From the NCBI GenBank assembly GCA_036172245.1, contig JAYWIR010000003.1, positions 620,001 to 684,000 on the forward strand: a DNA stretch of 64,000 nt. Reading direction: 5' to 3'. The stretch's first letter is position 1. Every line of letters begins with the position of its first letter. The notes under the pieces are model-generated. The model ran no database searches, was not told where the DNA came from, and saw only the letters and a program-made list of their open reading frames with translations. This document shows positions 25,102 to 44,700 of this stretch, one piece after another. This stretch comes from Raillietiella orientalis. Its lineage: Eukaryota. The position numbers and the translations under genes are program-made.

Positions 25102-25241
25102 GACATGATGATGTTAATTTTGTGATACCAATAACATGGTTTAAAATCAATCAAATCAGTCAACAATTATGATCATTGACAATCAAGGGGAATTGATCAA
25201 TCCACTTTTCTTACATTTACATCCAAAACTTCATTTTGTTT

Positions 25242-31650
<6,409 letters not shown>

Positions 31651-32826
31651 CAATTACTTTAGAATGGTGCAATGCGACATTAGAAAAATTAACATTAAGG
31701 ATTTTTTCTTTATTAAGTGCACACTGACTCGAATCTTTCCGATTCATTTTCAGTTAGAAAATCTGTGTTCAAGTTTAGGTTGACGAACTTTTGCCTGATA
31801 GAAAAATCAACCAAAATTCTTTGAATTTGAACGTTCCAATTATCAACGGAATTGGAAGCATATGAATCAGTAAATCATCTAGCTAAGAAAGCAATTTTTA
31901 ATTATGGATAATCGAAAGGTCACCCTACAAACATCTTCACTGATGAGAAAATACGACAAATCAAAAAATTATATGATTTTAAGTCTTGAAATGATCCAAT
32001 GCGTTAACAAAGAAAAGACTCGATGCTTTTTGTTTCATCGAAGCGACAAGACGATTCTTAGGTATAATTGAAAGGGCCTTTGGGCTAAGATCAGAGTGTC
32101 CGAAGCCCCGGTCTGGAATGATGAATTGAAACTCCATGACGCATCGCACATGAATAAGTATACGAGAGTCACAATATACGAGACTCCTCCTCTTGCCGAA
32201 AAGTGTTAGTGTTTCCACCTGCATGTAGTCGCAAGTTTCTGGACCAGTTTTCAATTCAAGTCTTTCATCGCGCGAGGATGAACTCCCCAAACACTTCAGC
32301 TTTGTCCTGAGGGCCACTCAATGAATCTATCGTCATTTCAAGAATCCAAGGATGCGTTCAAAACATTGGCAACCAAGGTTCATCAATTCATCGGCGTGGC
32401 CAGCAGTGATGATTGGTCACGAATGCCTACATTAAATTGCCTAGGCCTTCTTCCAGTGTTTCATTTTGTGGATACTATACCGTGATGGTCCACTCCGGAA
32501 GCTGCAAATGAAAGGAGTCCTGGAGTGCTACTAACAACGGAACGTTCATCAGGAACGAACAATCTGTGATCACAGGCAGCATGCAAAGGGGGAACTCTCC
32601 TCGCAATGTAATTCTGATTTTTCATCCCACGCAGGTGTGATGGGAGATTGTAATGGAACCCGACTGATCACGGATAAATTAGCGTCACTGATTCTCAATC
32701 CTTCTCCCCGGCACACAACAACACAGTGCTTCTTCCGAAGACTTCCGTTAGATTTATATTTAGCAAATTTGGGTTTCCATTTCCTCATTTCGCCAACTTC
32801 GTTTTCGTCATTCCGACGTGCAAATC

Positions 32827-33402
32827 CTAACAAAGGGGGTAATTGCTGAAAGACACCCCGCCAGTGCTCATGGGAAGCGAACGACTTTTTTCTTGTTTCG
32901 TGTTTCTTGGGAGGATGTTGTGATGAGAGTGAGCTTTACGCAGTGAGGTTTGTACGCTTTGCGCGTAATCCGCAGCCTTTTTAGCATCTTTTAAGTCGAA
33001 TTCAAAGTAACATTTGACAGCACAAAGAACAGTGATCACAATAATTATCATGTCATCCATGACCTTGATGAATGAATACTTTTCCAAATCACAACAACAG
33101 TCAAGATGACCTGTTGCGATGACAAGTATAATAAGCATACCATCAGCATTCATATATATAAGCAGAGCATTTCTGATGATTACGATGATAATAACGGAGG
33201 CGATGCAGAAATAGTTGCAGCTTGGAAAAGATATCTCTGAAAGCGCTTGAGCTTTTCTTTGATTTGGTATGGACCGGACGGCATTTCGCTGAGCCATCAA
33301 GAGCACTATTTCCTGAGTGATCATCGAAAGGTGAATCCAAAAGCGAAAGAAGAGAAAAAGGGATCTGTACAAGAGTAGAGGGTGGATCTGAAGATTAGAC
33401 AA
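32827..33402 (-). other. Unassigned 191-codon ORF with three hydrophobic stretches (possible orphan membrane-protein exon)
   Basis: Long for relatively AT-rich DNA; segments CIASVIIIVII, MLIILVIATG, MIIIVITVLCAV. No family recognised. Confidence 0.3.
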
Positions 33403-36400
33403 ACTGGTGGTTGTTGCTGAACTGATGGCTAATGCACCTTAGTTCATTAGGAATTACGTGACTCAGTCATGCTTTAAAGGCAATTCACAACAGCGAAGTG
33501 TGTGGTGCTGAAAGTTTTTTTTTCCTCCCTCCCTCTAATGAGGAGCAGTTCCCGAAGCCAGGAATACTTAACAGTCCATTGGTCATACGAAAAACTCCAT
33601 TCCGAGAGGGGGCACTGGCAGACCGAAGGGAATCAGCGGAAGGATAAGAGTGGGCAAACGAAGACATGCTTTCACCGTTTCCATGCAACTCGACTATGGG
33701 ATTTTCCCTCCCCCGTGGCTCCCATCCACCCCATGGTTCGGGGCAATCCTAGAAGTTTTCGAAGACGATCCTCTCTGAACGAGTGCCACTGAGAGCGCTC
33801 TTCTCTACTGTCCAGGGCTCTGAGCTTTCACTGAGCTCTCTGCTCTTCCCCATTTCTGAGATTCCAGAACGCAGACATCTTGGAGTGAGCTCGGAACAGT
33901 TCGGCCGCGTTAGAGAGGGCATCCCGTAGCTCCCACGAGAGGTTCTGGGGGAGTAGCTTTGCAGAATCCTGAATTTCCGCAGAAATTCTCTCTGCATCCT
34001 GTGGTCAGCCTCGGCTGGATTCTCAAGAATCATATCTTTTGAGTGACTTCTCTCTGGATCTCATGAGGCTTCGAATCCTTCCCTCAAGACACGGGTCACC
34101 ACCCGTGTCCCTCAGCGGCCAACGTTCAGACCGGGTAGAGGAAGGAAGGATAGGAGGAAAGAAGTTCCCTTCAGGTGATCGCCGGGGAGATTTTTCTCTA
34201 GACAAGTTCCTCACCTGATTTCTCGTGCCCCTTTGTCATCCGAAGGCAAACCGCTTCACCGGGAGCTGGCGTTCCTGTGCGAAGGTAGCAAGCAGAACAC
34301 TTCCTATGTCGCGTAGTGATCGCACATGCCCCCCTCGCCAAGGACGCGAACGAGCTCGTGGGTGCAGCACCGGCGCAGTTCGTTCCCGACCCCGCCAGAG
34401 AAGAGCCGGTGCCGCGGGTCGCATGATTGAAACTGCTGAACGTGGCTGCTTTGTGTACGCACGGCTTACACGGCTTACACATCCATCTGCAAAGGGGGCT
34501 GGTCCTTCGTGGGGAAAACATGGGATCGCACCCAAGCGGAGGAAATGCTCCTCCGGCTAAACTTGCATGACATTCCCCCCCACCCCCTTGCCCCCTCCCT
34601 GGCTTCGCTTTTCTGCTCAGGGACTTTTCAGTTTGCAAGAATATCGGAATTCTTGAAGCAGATGGTCTTTTGAAAAGTCGTCAAAGGAGGTGTGCGCCAT
34701 CACTGACGGACAGATTTTCCTGGTCTGCGCTATGCTCTTCCCGTGGAGGGAATGCAGTAGGTATCCGCGAAGATATCGAATACAGCACAAACTGGTTCAT
34801 CTCATGTGACGCAAGCGAAATATATGCAAACTTCCACGCCCTCTCCTTGGAAATGATATTCTTACAAGTGCTTCATTTCCACTTCCGGCGGTGCCAGCCT
34901 TCAGGTTCGCGGACCACACATCCTAGAAACCGACCTGAAGAGCTCTTGAAGGCATTTTTTCCTTTTCAAACGAGAGCTGATGCTACATCAGAGGAGCGGC
35001 CGATCCTCAGGCCACCCGTTCTATCCCAACTTCCCGATCCCCAGAGATTGCTGAAGTGATATTTGCATCCCTAAGAAGTTGATCTCGACCAAAGCGGATC
35101 ATACTGCCACATCCTTCTCTTTCTACGTAATGTGATGATTCTTCCAAATATCCTCTCTGAACTGTCTCGCAGAGTTCCTGAGGATCGTCATCATTGTCTA
35201 TTCGACTTCTGGAACCTTGCTGGTTCCAGAATTTCCTTGCTCTTCCTTTCACACACGAGCAACGTGCCCTTGCAAAATAACCAGGAACTGTTTCCTTGTT
35301 TATGCGTATTTACGCGCACACGTGTACCTAAATATCTTTTCCCACGTTATGGTGGAGTTAGGAGTTTAACCTCAGCTTGGTATCCTAGGACCTAGGAAGA
35401 GATGTGCGCCAAAGAATCTCCACATTGCGAATTGCAATCTGAGCACAGATTCGTGGAGTCTGTGCCTAAATGTATGCTCAGCATTGCTTCCTGCCTGCCT
35501 TCTATAGACCGGGAGGACTTCCCGCACATTCATGGAGAGACAGATGCATCTGTTTGCTTAGGACTCTATTCCGGAGGGAGGGTAGGATGGAGAGTTGCCT
35601 GTCAGAAATTCTTTCCCGCTTCGACGCGACACCGAAGCATCCCGCCATCTCGCAATCGGGAGAGGTTTTCGCGAAACGAGAAATCCAGCGATGATGGGAT
35701 GGAGATGGCAGGCGACAGATGATGGTGGTAGGATGTATCAGTCGGTGAAAGTAACCTCCTCTGTATCCGGAGCAGCTGCGCACGAACCCGGAGACTCCGA
35801 GAGATGTGTGAGAGGCGGGAACATTGAAAGGAAGTGCTCTTCCCCAGGCTTGAAACGAAAGAAGCTTGCGAAAGGAGGAGAATCTCTGCTGAGGATTTTC
35901 CAAAGTTTCTGTAGAGCGCTACAAATATCAATTGCAAGTGTTTTCATATTTAGAGGGTACCTATAAATGAGGAAAGGTCCCCAAAATAGTCGGGTGACAT
36001 CTTTGGAACTTGTGTGTTCGAGCAAAATGGAAAGAGATTGCGCTGGTCACTCCAATGTTGGGTTTCTCAAGGTGCTCGTCTTTTCATGCATGTCTTTACA
36101 GCCACGCTCCGCGGATGTGTAGCTACATGACGTGTAGCTATCGGTAAAGAATTCATCTTTCCCTGAGACGTAGGACACTTCTTCACGGGGATAAAAGACA
36201 CCAAAGTTCATCGAAGGCGAGAACAAAAGAGCTTAAAAGTGGCAAGCCTTCTCACCATGCGTTTCCTGATTCCAATGGATTGCGACCACGAAGAACGCTT
36301 CTTCATGGGCACACACACGAGAATTCATGGGGGAAATGAAAAGATGATTTTTCTTTGATGATTTCAAATTTCGAGTGGTGGAGCATCTTGTAAGTACCGT

Positions 36401-37726
36401 TAACCACGACTTCATTAGAAGCGGCTTGCAAGAGGAGGGTTTGAGTGCAAAGCGACCGAATGGCTCCAGCTTGAACAGCGAGTTCCCCTTCCACACACGT
36501 TGAGTTCATGTCTTTTTTCCTCAGGCTTCACAAAACTCTTGGATCCGTGTCTTTCCTTGCAGCCTGCGACGAGTAACATTACACACGCTTCGCAAGCTAG
36601 GTTTGGGAAAATTCAGCTGCTCTTCGTCAACCATGGTGTGGAATTCGTACCATGGTGTGCTGGAGTCCATAGGGAGGGCGTGAAAAGTTTCTAAGGCAAC
36701 TTCTCCTTGAGTCCGATGCGAGTGTAAGTAAGCATTCTTCATCAAAAGGAGCCAATAAAGGAGAGTGCTGGAATACTCACCCAGCTGTTAAAAGAGAAAG
36801 CAGCTGCATTTTTTGTGAGCCCTTCTAAACTACCCTTCGAACATGAAAGTCGTCACGAGCAAAGCTTTAGGTGGAGTTTCAGAAGAGGAGAAAACATGGG
36901 TCTCAAGAGAAAACAGTATTTTTCTGAAGTATAAGAAAGGCATCCCCTTTTGTTGCCTTCTTGCCCCCCTCTGTGCGGGTACGGCGTCGTTGTCCAAGGG
37001 CGACGTATTCTCGGAGACTTCCTGGTCTCCGCGTTCGTTCAGGCATCATGCACTGGATGTTGCTAGCGCCTTCTTTTCCGATATTGCAAGGACAGCCGGT
37101 CGCTAGCGAAAGCAGCGTTTTCGCAAAAGACGAGTTGAACTCTGAACTCCTGACTGTTTCGTGACAGATTCGCATCTGTAGATGCTTTGCCGCCTGCGTG
37201 TCTTTGTGGAGCCCGGAGTAGCATATCGAATTGGTAGTGGTGTCCTGCAACGTACTTTTTTTTTGTTCTACATACATCTCTTTTTCCAGCTTCGGCAGCA
37301 GCTGAAGCACTCATGCCGAAGACATTTTGATAGCCGTCATGCGGAAGCGGGCTCAGCAGGTGCACTGGCCACTTTGGATCCTTTTCGCTTCTCCTAGCTG
37401 CCCCATTTTCGTGAACCACAGAAAGCAGGCTTCGGCTTTCTTTCTCTGGCGAGTCTTGCGACGGCAGCTCGCTCGTTACCGCTGAGTGCTGCTATCTTGT
37501 ATGCACCTTTGCAGGGACCCCATCTGGGTTCCAGAGTCCGCTTAGATTGTTTTCCCTCCCCTTTAATAAGTTTCCCTACTTACAAATCCAGTAGGATGGT
37601 TACCTTGCTGGTCAGCGTTCTTTTGCTGATCTTGCAGTCCAGTGCATTTTTGCTTTGCCGTGTGTGCGTTTACCTCCTTCTCATTCATTCTTTTCCCTCT
37701 TTGTTTCGACGTTCTTAAGCGGCCAG

Positions 37727-38353
37727 CAATTCGCATTCTACAACATCGTCCGATTCATCGTTACCATCATCAGGGTGATACAGAGACTAACACCGTCCTC
37801 GAAAACCCATGGGTTTCCTTCCGAGGGTTTCAAAAGTTCGCGTTCTCAGATCTCATGGTCTGTGTTTTTCACTCGCGGTCATGGCAACGAAACTTCCGCT
37901 TCCCTGCATTTTCTTCAGGAACCTTCTCCGAGTCGTAGTGCGAGGCAGCTGGCCTACCGAGTTCCCGAAACTCGGGGCAAAGGCCGATTGATTTCTGCCG
38001 TCGATTTCTCCGTGCGCGCTTCTGCGTGGTTGACCAGCGTGAGTGCATGGATTCAACGTCGTACCGTCGAGGAGCTTTCTTCTCGTGGGACGCTCGCGAA
38101 AGGGAAGAGGGGTGGGTGGGGTGGAGGTTTGGTTGGCATTCCGCTTCGCGCATCGCAGCCCTTTAATCGGTCAGAATCCCTTTGTGATTATTCGCTGATG
38201 TGTGACCGAGCCAACCGGTGCGCCAGTGCTGGTGGACCCATTCGTTATCGTCTTGTTGCTGGTCAGCAAGGCAGCAAGTGTGCTGACCGACTGTACTCAT
38301 ATAACAGAAATTGTTGTCACTATCCGGCGGCAGCTGACACAACAGCAGCATAA
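37727..38353 (+). other. Possible terminal coding exon of an unidentified plus-strand gene convergent with dynein
   Basis: Part of a 232-codon open frame; pyrimidine-rich tract ending CCAG before 37727; TAA at 38351-38353. No family recognised. Confidence 0.25.
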
Positions 38354-38645
38354 GTAACACGCAGTCGATTGCTAGGTTGACTTGTAGATGCATCTAGGAG
38401 GTAGGAAAGTTCCCCTTTTCTTTCTGATCTGTCCAGTAAGGATATGCAGGAGTGTTTTTATCCCCTGGATCGTCGAAGAAGGACGCCTTTGCTGAAAATT
38501 TTCTGAAATAGAGCTCGCGACACGCGACACAAGCGAGGGAGATACACGGAGGTGCGTGAGCCTACGGGGGAAAGCTGGAAAAGAGACAAACACCAAAGAC
38601 CATCTGCAACAATCCCCGATGCACGATCACTCGCTGGACCACTCT

Positions 38646-38651
38646 TTTATT
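38646..38651 (-). promoter_or_regulatory. Candidate polyadenylation signal (AATAAA) of the dynein gene
   Basis: TTTATT on + strand about 100 nt downstream of the TAA stop. Confidence 0.6.
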
Positions 38652-38749
38652 TTCGCTGAATAATAACACGCGGACAAAAAAAGTGTTTGTCTTGGTGTTT
38701 TGTCACAAACGAGATTACAGGCAGGATGAAAAAGAGCCATCACGTCGGC

Positions 38750-41700
38750 TTAAACCTGCAAAAGCAGCGCTACTCCTCCCAACACCCATTTTGAAGACTT
38801 CTCTTTTGTCTTCAGGTTGAAAGTCCACACGAACGTGGGGCCTCTCTGCCGCGTTTTGTAGACAGGACACTCGTACACGTTACGAAGGTCTTGCTTTTCT
38901 TGAAGGATGGCCTGAACACGAGGCAAACTGATGCACTGGTGAAACATGTGATTTCTCACTCTTATGAAGATGACTGGCAACTGTGGGTACAGCTCTTTCA
39001 GCTTGGCATCGGTCAGCGTCCCGTTGACGTAATCCCAGCGAGCGCCTTCCAAGTAAAGGCCGAAGACGTTGGCACCTTCACGTGGGGGACCCCTGAGGAG
39101 ACCACCAGCAGATCCGCGTAGTAAACGTGAGTATATGTGCGCGATCAATGCTCACGAAAAATCTTCTTTGCTTTTCTTGGTGACCTCCACATTCAGACAC
39201 ATTTTATCCAACGGCTGCTCGTTCTTCCGCGCTGTTACCTGCATAATGGCTGTTAAGAAGGACTGAGGGTTGAACAGTCCTCCTAGCCACACAGCTGCTG
39301 GCAGCTGAAATGGGTGGCATGAGACGATTCGTGGAGTGGCTAATTTCCGGAGGGGTGTCGCAAACACTTTCGCACAAAGCAGTGCATGCATATCTGCGTT
39401 GCGGAGGGAAGCGAGGGCGACGTTCTGTCTCTTTCGCACGCGACGTTGGGTGCATGCAGCGCTCTTCCAGGTCCGGCCGAGAGATGGACCTTTCTGATGT
39501 CAGCCACCATCTTGCGAAGGGAAACCCATAGAGGACTCATTTTTGCTGGTTCAACTGAATGCATGGCGATTGCCAATCGGCTTCTGCAAGCAATTTGAGG
39601 AGGGACTTTTGGAGAAAAACCCGTGTGCCGCAAGCACCGCGTGCGTGCTCACCTTGACTGCTTCCGGTTGATGGAGGAGCAGTCGGTATGGAAACAGCCC
39701 TCCCCGCGAGCATCCCGTTTCGGTGACAACCCGGTGGAGTGAACCTGCAGCTGCCGAAATGCAAAGCTTTGCGTGCTAGCGATCGGCACCCTAGAAGCCA
39801 CGAATGCACTGAGACGACCACCTGTTTTACTAGGACGTGCTAGCAGTGGAAAATTAAGCAGGGAAACTGAAGCAACAGCGGCAGCAGCATGGCCAGCGGC
39901 AACAACAACAAAGCAGCTTGCCGTATCACAAGCTCGAAAAAAAAATAAATAAATAAAAAAATCCCTTCACATGACCTCTACGTATGGGAGGAAGCCACAC
40001 AAACTGAGATTTCACCAACCGTGAAATCCGAGGTCCATAGATCCAACTCTCGAATGCGCTGTAGCAGATCACTGAACCAGACTCCAAGCGTGTTGAGGGA
40101 CGGATACGCCAAAGCGGTCCACTTTTCTGGTACCGAATCCAGAAATATCGAACTCATGAGGTCTTCCATATCCACTGACATCGTCAGTTCCCCCTAAAAG
40201 ACAGCGCATACACACTGGTTTCATCGATTGCATTGGTTGAGGTTTTTCAGAATGCGAAAGTGATATTTCAGCTTTCGAGCGCGCCTTGAATGCCGCGGGC
40301 GTCTCTCACTCGTCGTGAGCTCCGAAACATATTTTCGAGCCCAACGAGTGACCACCTCGCTGCATTTGAAGAGCAGAAACCAGAGGAAGCGAGCCAAAGA
40401 GCCCATTGCTGCCCAACGCAGCGTAGAACGGCTCCGCATGTCCTTTCGGAGCAACCCGGTGGTTCTCGGCAACGGAAACCCAGGTTCCTCCTCGGCACGT
40501 TTCCAAGGATACGAAGCGGCCGTCCAGCAGCTCACCTTCAATCCCAGATCCAGCTCTTTGAGAGAACGTCGGATTTCCTCAATGAGGTAGTTCATTCTCT
40601 GGCATTCCTGCAAAGCGACCTAGGTGGATCAACCAAGGTGCTCGTAACAACGGGTAACGGATGCGTGACCGGCACGTACCACCACGTAGGGGTTCCTGTC
40701 TTCCACTTTGCCTAGCAGCTCGAGCATGTTGAACTCCTCCGCTAGCTTCTCCATAATCTCGTCCAGAATCTGCTTCACCTTGAAGGGAAGACCAAAACGG
40801 ATGCAGCGGGGCACGCAGGGAAGCGGTCTTGCTTACTTTTTCCTCCTTCGTGCCAAGCGGTCCGCTGACAGAACCAATGTCCCTCGGCTGCAACTCCAGA
40901 ACCGTTCGGAACAGATGCTCTGAGGTCGTCGTGGAGAACCCGATTTCCGCGTTCGGATGCAGCCCGTACAGATACGGCGATTCTGGAGGAAGCATCTCCA
41001 CGATGTAGTTCTCGTAACCATGGTAGTCGAGGTTGGGGGGCGAAGAGAAGCCCGGAGCATACTGCAGCTCTCCATCTAACTGGATGGGGAATGCCCGTCT
41101 CGATAGAAAGTTCCGCGCTCCGCTCCGCGTGGTGAAAGTTCGCTTCCACCCCACTTTACCTGGTCGGGATGCATGTACTCCTGCAAATACGTTCGGCACA
41201 GCCTCCGGTCCCAGTTGTCCGTAATGTGTCCGCCATACATGATCTCACCGAACAGGTACCTGATGTCTTCCCAGGGAACCTTGTTGTTGGTTTCCAAGTA
41301 ATTGTACAGGACGTTCACGCATATCGTGAGATCTCCTAATGGGAGCAGCAGCATGAGTCTTCAGGCTCTGCCAGGAAGGAATGGAGGAAGGGGGAGGGGG
41401 GAGGAATTACCAAGGCTGAAGGGATAGGACTTGTTCCACCCTTGAGGGCCGAATTTCCTCCTCTCCACCACAACTGCGTGAAAATAGCACAGAGAAAACA
41501 GGATGCTCTTGAATTCTGCTTCTTTGGAGCACATTTCCAGGGTCTCCTGGGTGAATTGCGAGAAGGCCTTTTTCAAATTCGCCGACATGCCGCGAGGTGG
41601 CTCATTGGTTATTTTGATTGATGCTTCCAGAATCCCCTGAGGATGCATGTCATGCAGAGACAGCACGCGGCGAACGCGCGCGCTTCTTGCAACCTGGGGA

Positions 41701-44700
41701 ATGATGTGTAGCTCTGGAGTGGGCGCTGGCTCAGCGGATATGATAACGCGCAAGTCAGCGCTGGCGCTCTGCTGCAGTTCTTCGAGGATTTTTTCCAGGG
41801 ACGGCAACCAGTTCTTAACCAGATGGATGTTCTGGAAAGGCAAGCAATCCCGTTCAACAGCGAGCGGCATGCGCATTTCGTGGATTCCCATGCTGGTGTG
41901 CGAACGTACGCTCTGACCTGCAAAATGACCCAGTGCCCTTTTTCACCGGCTAAACGCAAGGCATCCTCAGCTACCACCTCTTGACCTTGGCCCAAGGAAA
42001 TGTTGTGAAAGTTCCCTTTTTCGATGGTGTATCCCGACTTTTTCCCCAAGGCCTCAACATCCTAGAGGAGCCAACAGCTGAAATCATCCATCTGGCAATG
42101 CGGCGTCTGTCTTACGGTCAGGGGATCCACTCCTGGCGACAAGATGAAGAAAATGGGAGTCTCCGCACTTGATTCCGAGAAGGAAGCCGCTAATGGGAGG
42201 GATTTCCCTTCCACGTACTGCCATCCCATTTGTTCTTCGATGAAATGCCTGTGCGTGCGCAAAGAGGTGAACAAGGAATGCACTCCCACCCAACGTGCAA
42301 ACACGTCATATTTACAGGATAGCGTTGATCATTCTGTCCGGTCTCAGCGCACGCATCATGCACAGCTTCTGCAGGGGCGACTTATTCTTCCAGTCCTGAG
42401 GGAACTTTTCCTTTTCCGGGCATTCCGAGTCCACGAATTTTTTCCAACGCTTCGCGCTTCCTTCTATATCTCGATCGAGATTCCTGGAACCACGAAAGGA
42501 AACGATTCCGATCACGATTCCTAGCAGACCGTCTTCTTGAAAATTAAAAGCGAGCGAGGTGCGTGAAGCCGTGTAGAGTTGCCACACTTCCCCACCTCGC
42601 CGGATACGATGCGATGCTGACGCGGACAAATAATGTAAATGAGGAGGCGTGACGGAGAGGACTTTCGTTCCGATGTCAGTGGGGAGAGTAAGCACGCTCC
42701 AGGGGGGATCTCCCTCTGTTCAGAGTCTCAGTTTGCAGGACCCACGCACAGGCTACTCAATCCATCTCCAGTCATCGCCGCGACTGGCACACGGCTGTGA
42801 GTGTGAAGACACGAAAACGGAGAGGCATGCTGCCCATCCCTACAGACTTGCGGCGGCAACACGCGAACTTTGTTGGCCCAGACCCGACCAGGGCTCGCTG
42901 TCCCCCCCTTCCCTTCCCCCCACTTTTGTGAATTTCTTCGCTACATATTGCGACCAGGATATTGCAATCGCTTTCAGGGTGCTTCTCACGGGACCAGGAC
43001 GCTCAGCCTCGATCGCGAGGACCAAATCCGATACAAACCAAGCTATAAAAGCGATGGAAAAGCTCGTGCCCTGAACTCGGCAGCTCTGTAGGGAGAGACA
43101 CCCGCCGAATTCGGATACTCATTCCCAGGTTGAGACAAAAAAAAAAAAACTCTCCGAAAACAACAGCAAGCCTTCAATGGAAGGAAGGGGAGAAGGGATC
43201 CCTTATCAAGCCTAAGATGTACGTGACTCCTGTGATTGCACGAGCATCCGAAGAAAGATGTTGGTAGGAATTCCGATGCTGGCAGCAGAAATTCCGAAAA
43301 GACAATGCGGAAGGCACATCGTCCATGTCTCAGCAGCGCGACAAGAGCCACAACACACGCATATGCGAACGAGGATGGAGCCCGCGTATCCAACCAACTT
43401 CGGTAGCGTGGAAGCAGCAGCTCGTCTCCAGAAGAACAGTCACCACATGAGATGATGTATCTCACACGTTCAGGACGAAAGAGCCTTGGGCAAAAGATCC
43501 ACGCAAGGTGTCGTGTCGCTCGATGCACGAGGAGGAGGAGGAATAGGACGACGACAAGGGACACGGAGAGGAATGCCTTGAGGACGGAGGCGTGTGCTCA
43601 CCACAAACTGCAGTAAGCGCGAGAGTTGGCATATGGAATTCTCAGCCAACGCCTGGAGATGGGACGGAAAGGTGGGAAGGAATGCAGCCGGGGAAGCGAC
43701 GCTCCCTGCTTGGAGCTCACAAGCGACAACCAGCGGGGGCATGAAACCTTCACAAGAATCTAGATATGCATTGGGGAGGGCACCGATCCTTCGCTCCTAT
43801 CGAGAAGGATGCTGCGGAGAAAGTAAGAGAAAACATGTAGTGGGAGAGCGAGGAAAGCTGACGGAATTAAGGGCGAAAAAAGCGAAGACACATGGGTGAG
43901 ATCGACAGTACTTGAATTCGTCCAGATTTGACAGACTCTTTATGCCTCCCCAGTTGACGTTCGTCAGAAATTCCACGGGGCTGGTCACGTTCGGAGCGTA
44001 AGGATAGCGCAGCAGAAAGTCCAGTTCTGTAAAATTGATTTCGTTGCTCAGGAGTTGAATCTGAAAGACAGAGACAGGAGAACGAGAGCGATCCACTGCT
44101 GAGAAGGCAGCGCATCCAGGAAAGGAGTTGATGCACCGAAGATGGTGTTACCTGGAATGCCATCTGGGTGGTAAAAATCAATTTGTCTGTCTCGAAAAGG
44201 CCTCTGCTTGTGTACAGGAAGACCATGTACGTGATCGAGTCGATGAGAGACAGCACGCGCACGCGAACTTCATCATTCTTCTCAGCTCTTTCAATGGCAG
44301 TGTGAAACACGACGCTGAACGCCTGAGGCAGAAGAAGTTTAAGAAAAGACAGCAGGGCGCGAGCGCTTTCCGAAACGACACACGTACTTTCAGAGAAAAC
44401 TGGTAGATGTTGTTGATCTTCTTCAAGTCCGTTAAAATGAAATACAGCAGCGATCCTCGGACTGCAGCCTGACGGTACAGATTTCGAGCCTCGTCGATGA
44501 GAAGAGACGTGTCCTTTGCTTCGACCACCTGCTGTTCGATAGTTGCTGCTGTTCGCTTGGTGTACTCCAAGCTCTCCACCAGTTCCTTGTTTCCCAGGAA
44601 GTTTCCCACCGCTTCCGACAGACGTTTCAGGAGATCATCCTCCAGCGTCTTGAGAGTGATCTTGTATTCATTCTGCTGCTTTGTCAGTTGCGCCTTGTTT

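Noticed and set aside
33166..33420. Plus frame ending ...VDLKIRQTGGCC-stop, resembling a Rab prenylation tail
   Set aside because: Internal TGA and TAG stops and no GTPase motifs upstream; it overlaps the 191-codon minus ORF in antisense.
38102..38121. G-quadruplex-type motifs (also 1077-1102) and isolated hairpins (55794-55834, 60414-60468, 31274-31290)
   Set aside because: Expected at this frequency in G-run-rich DNA; there is no independent support for function.
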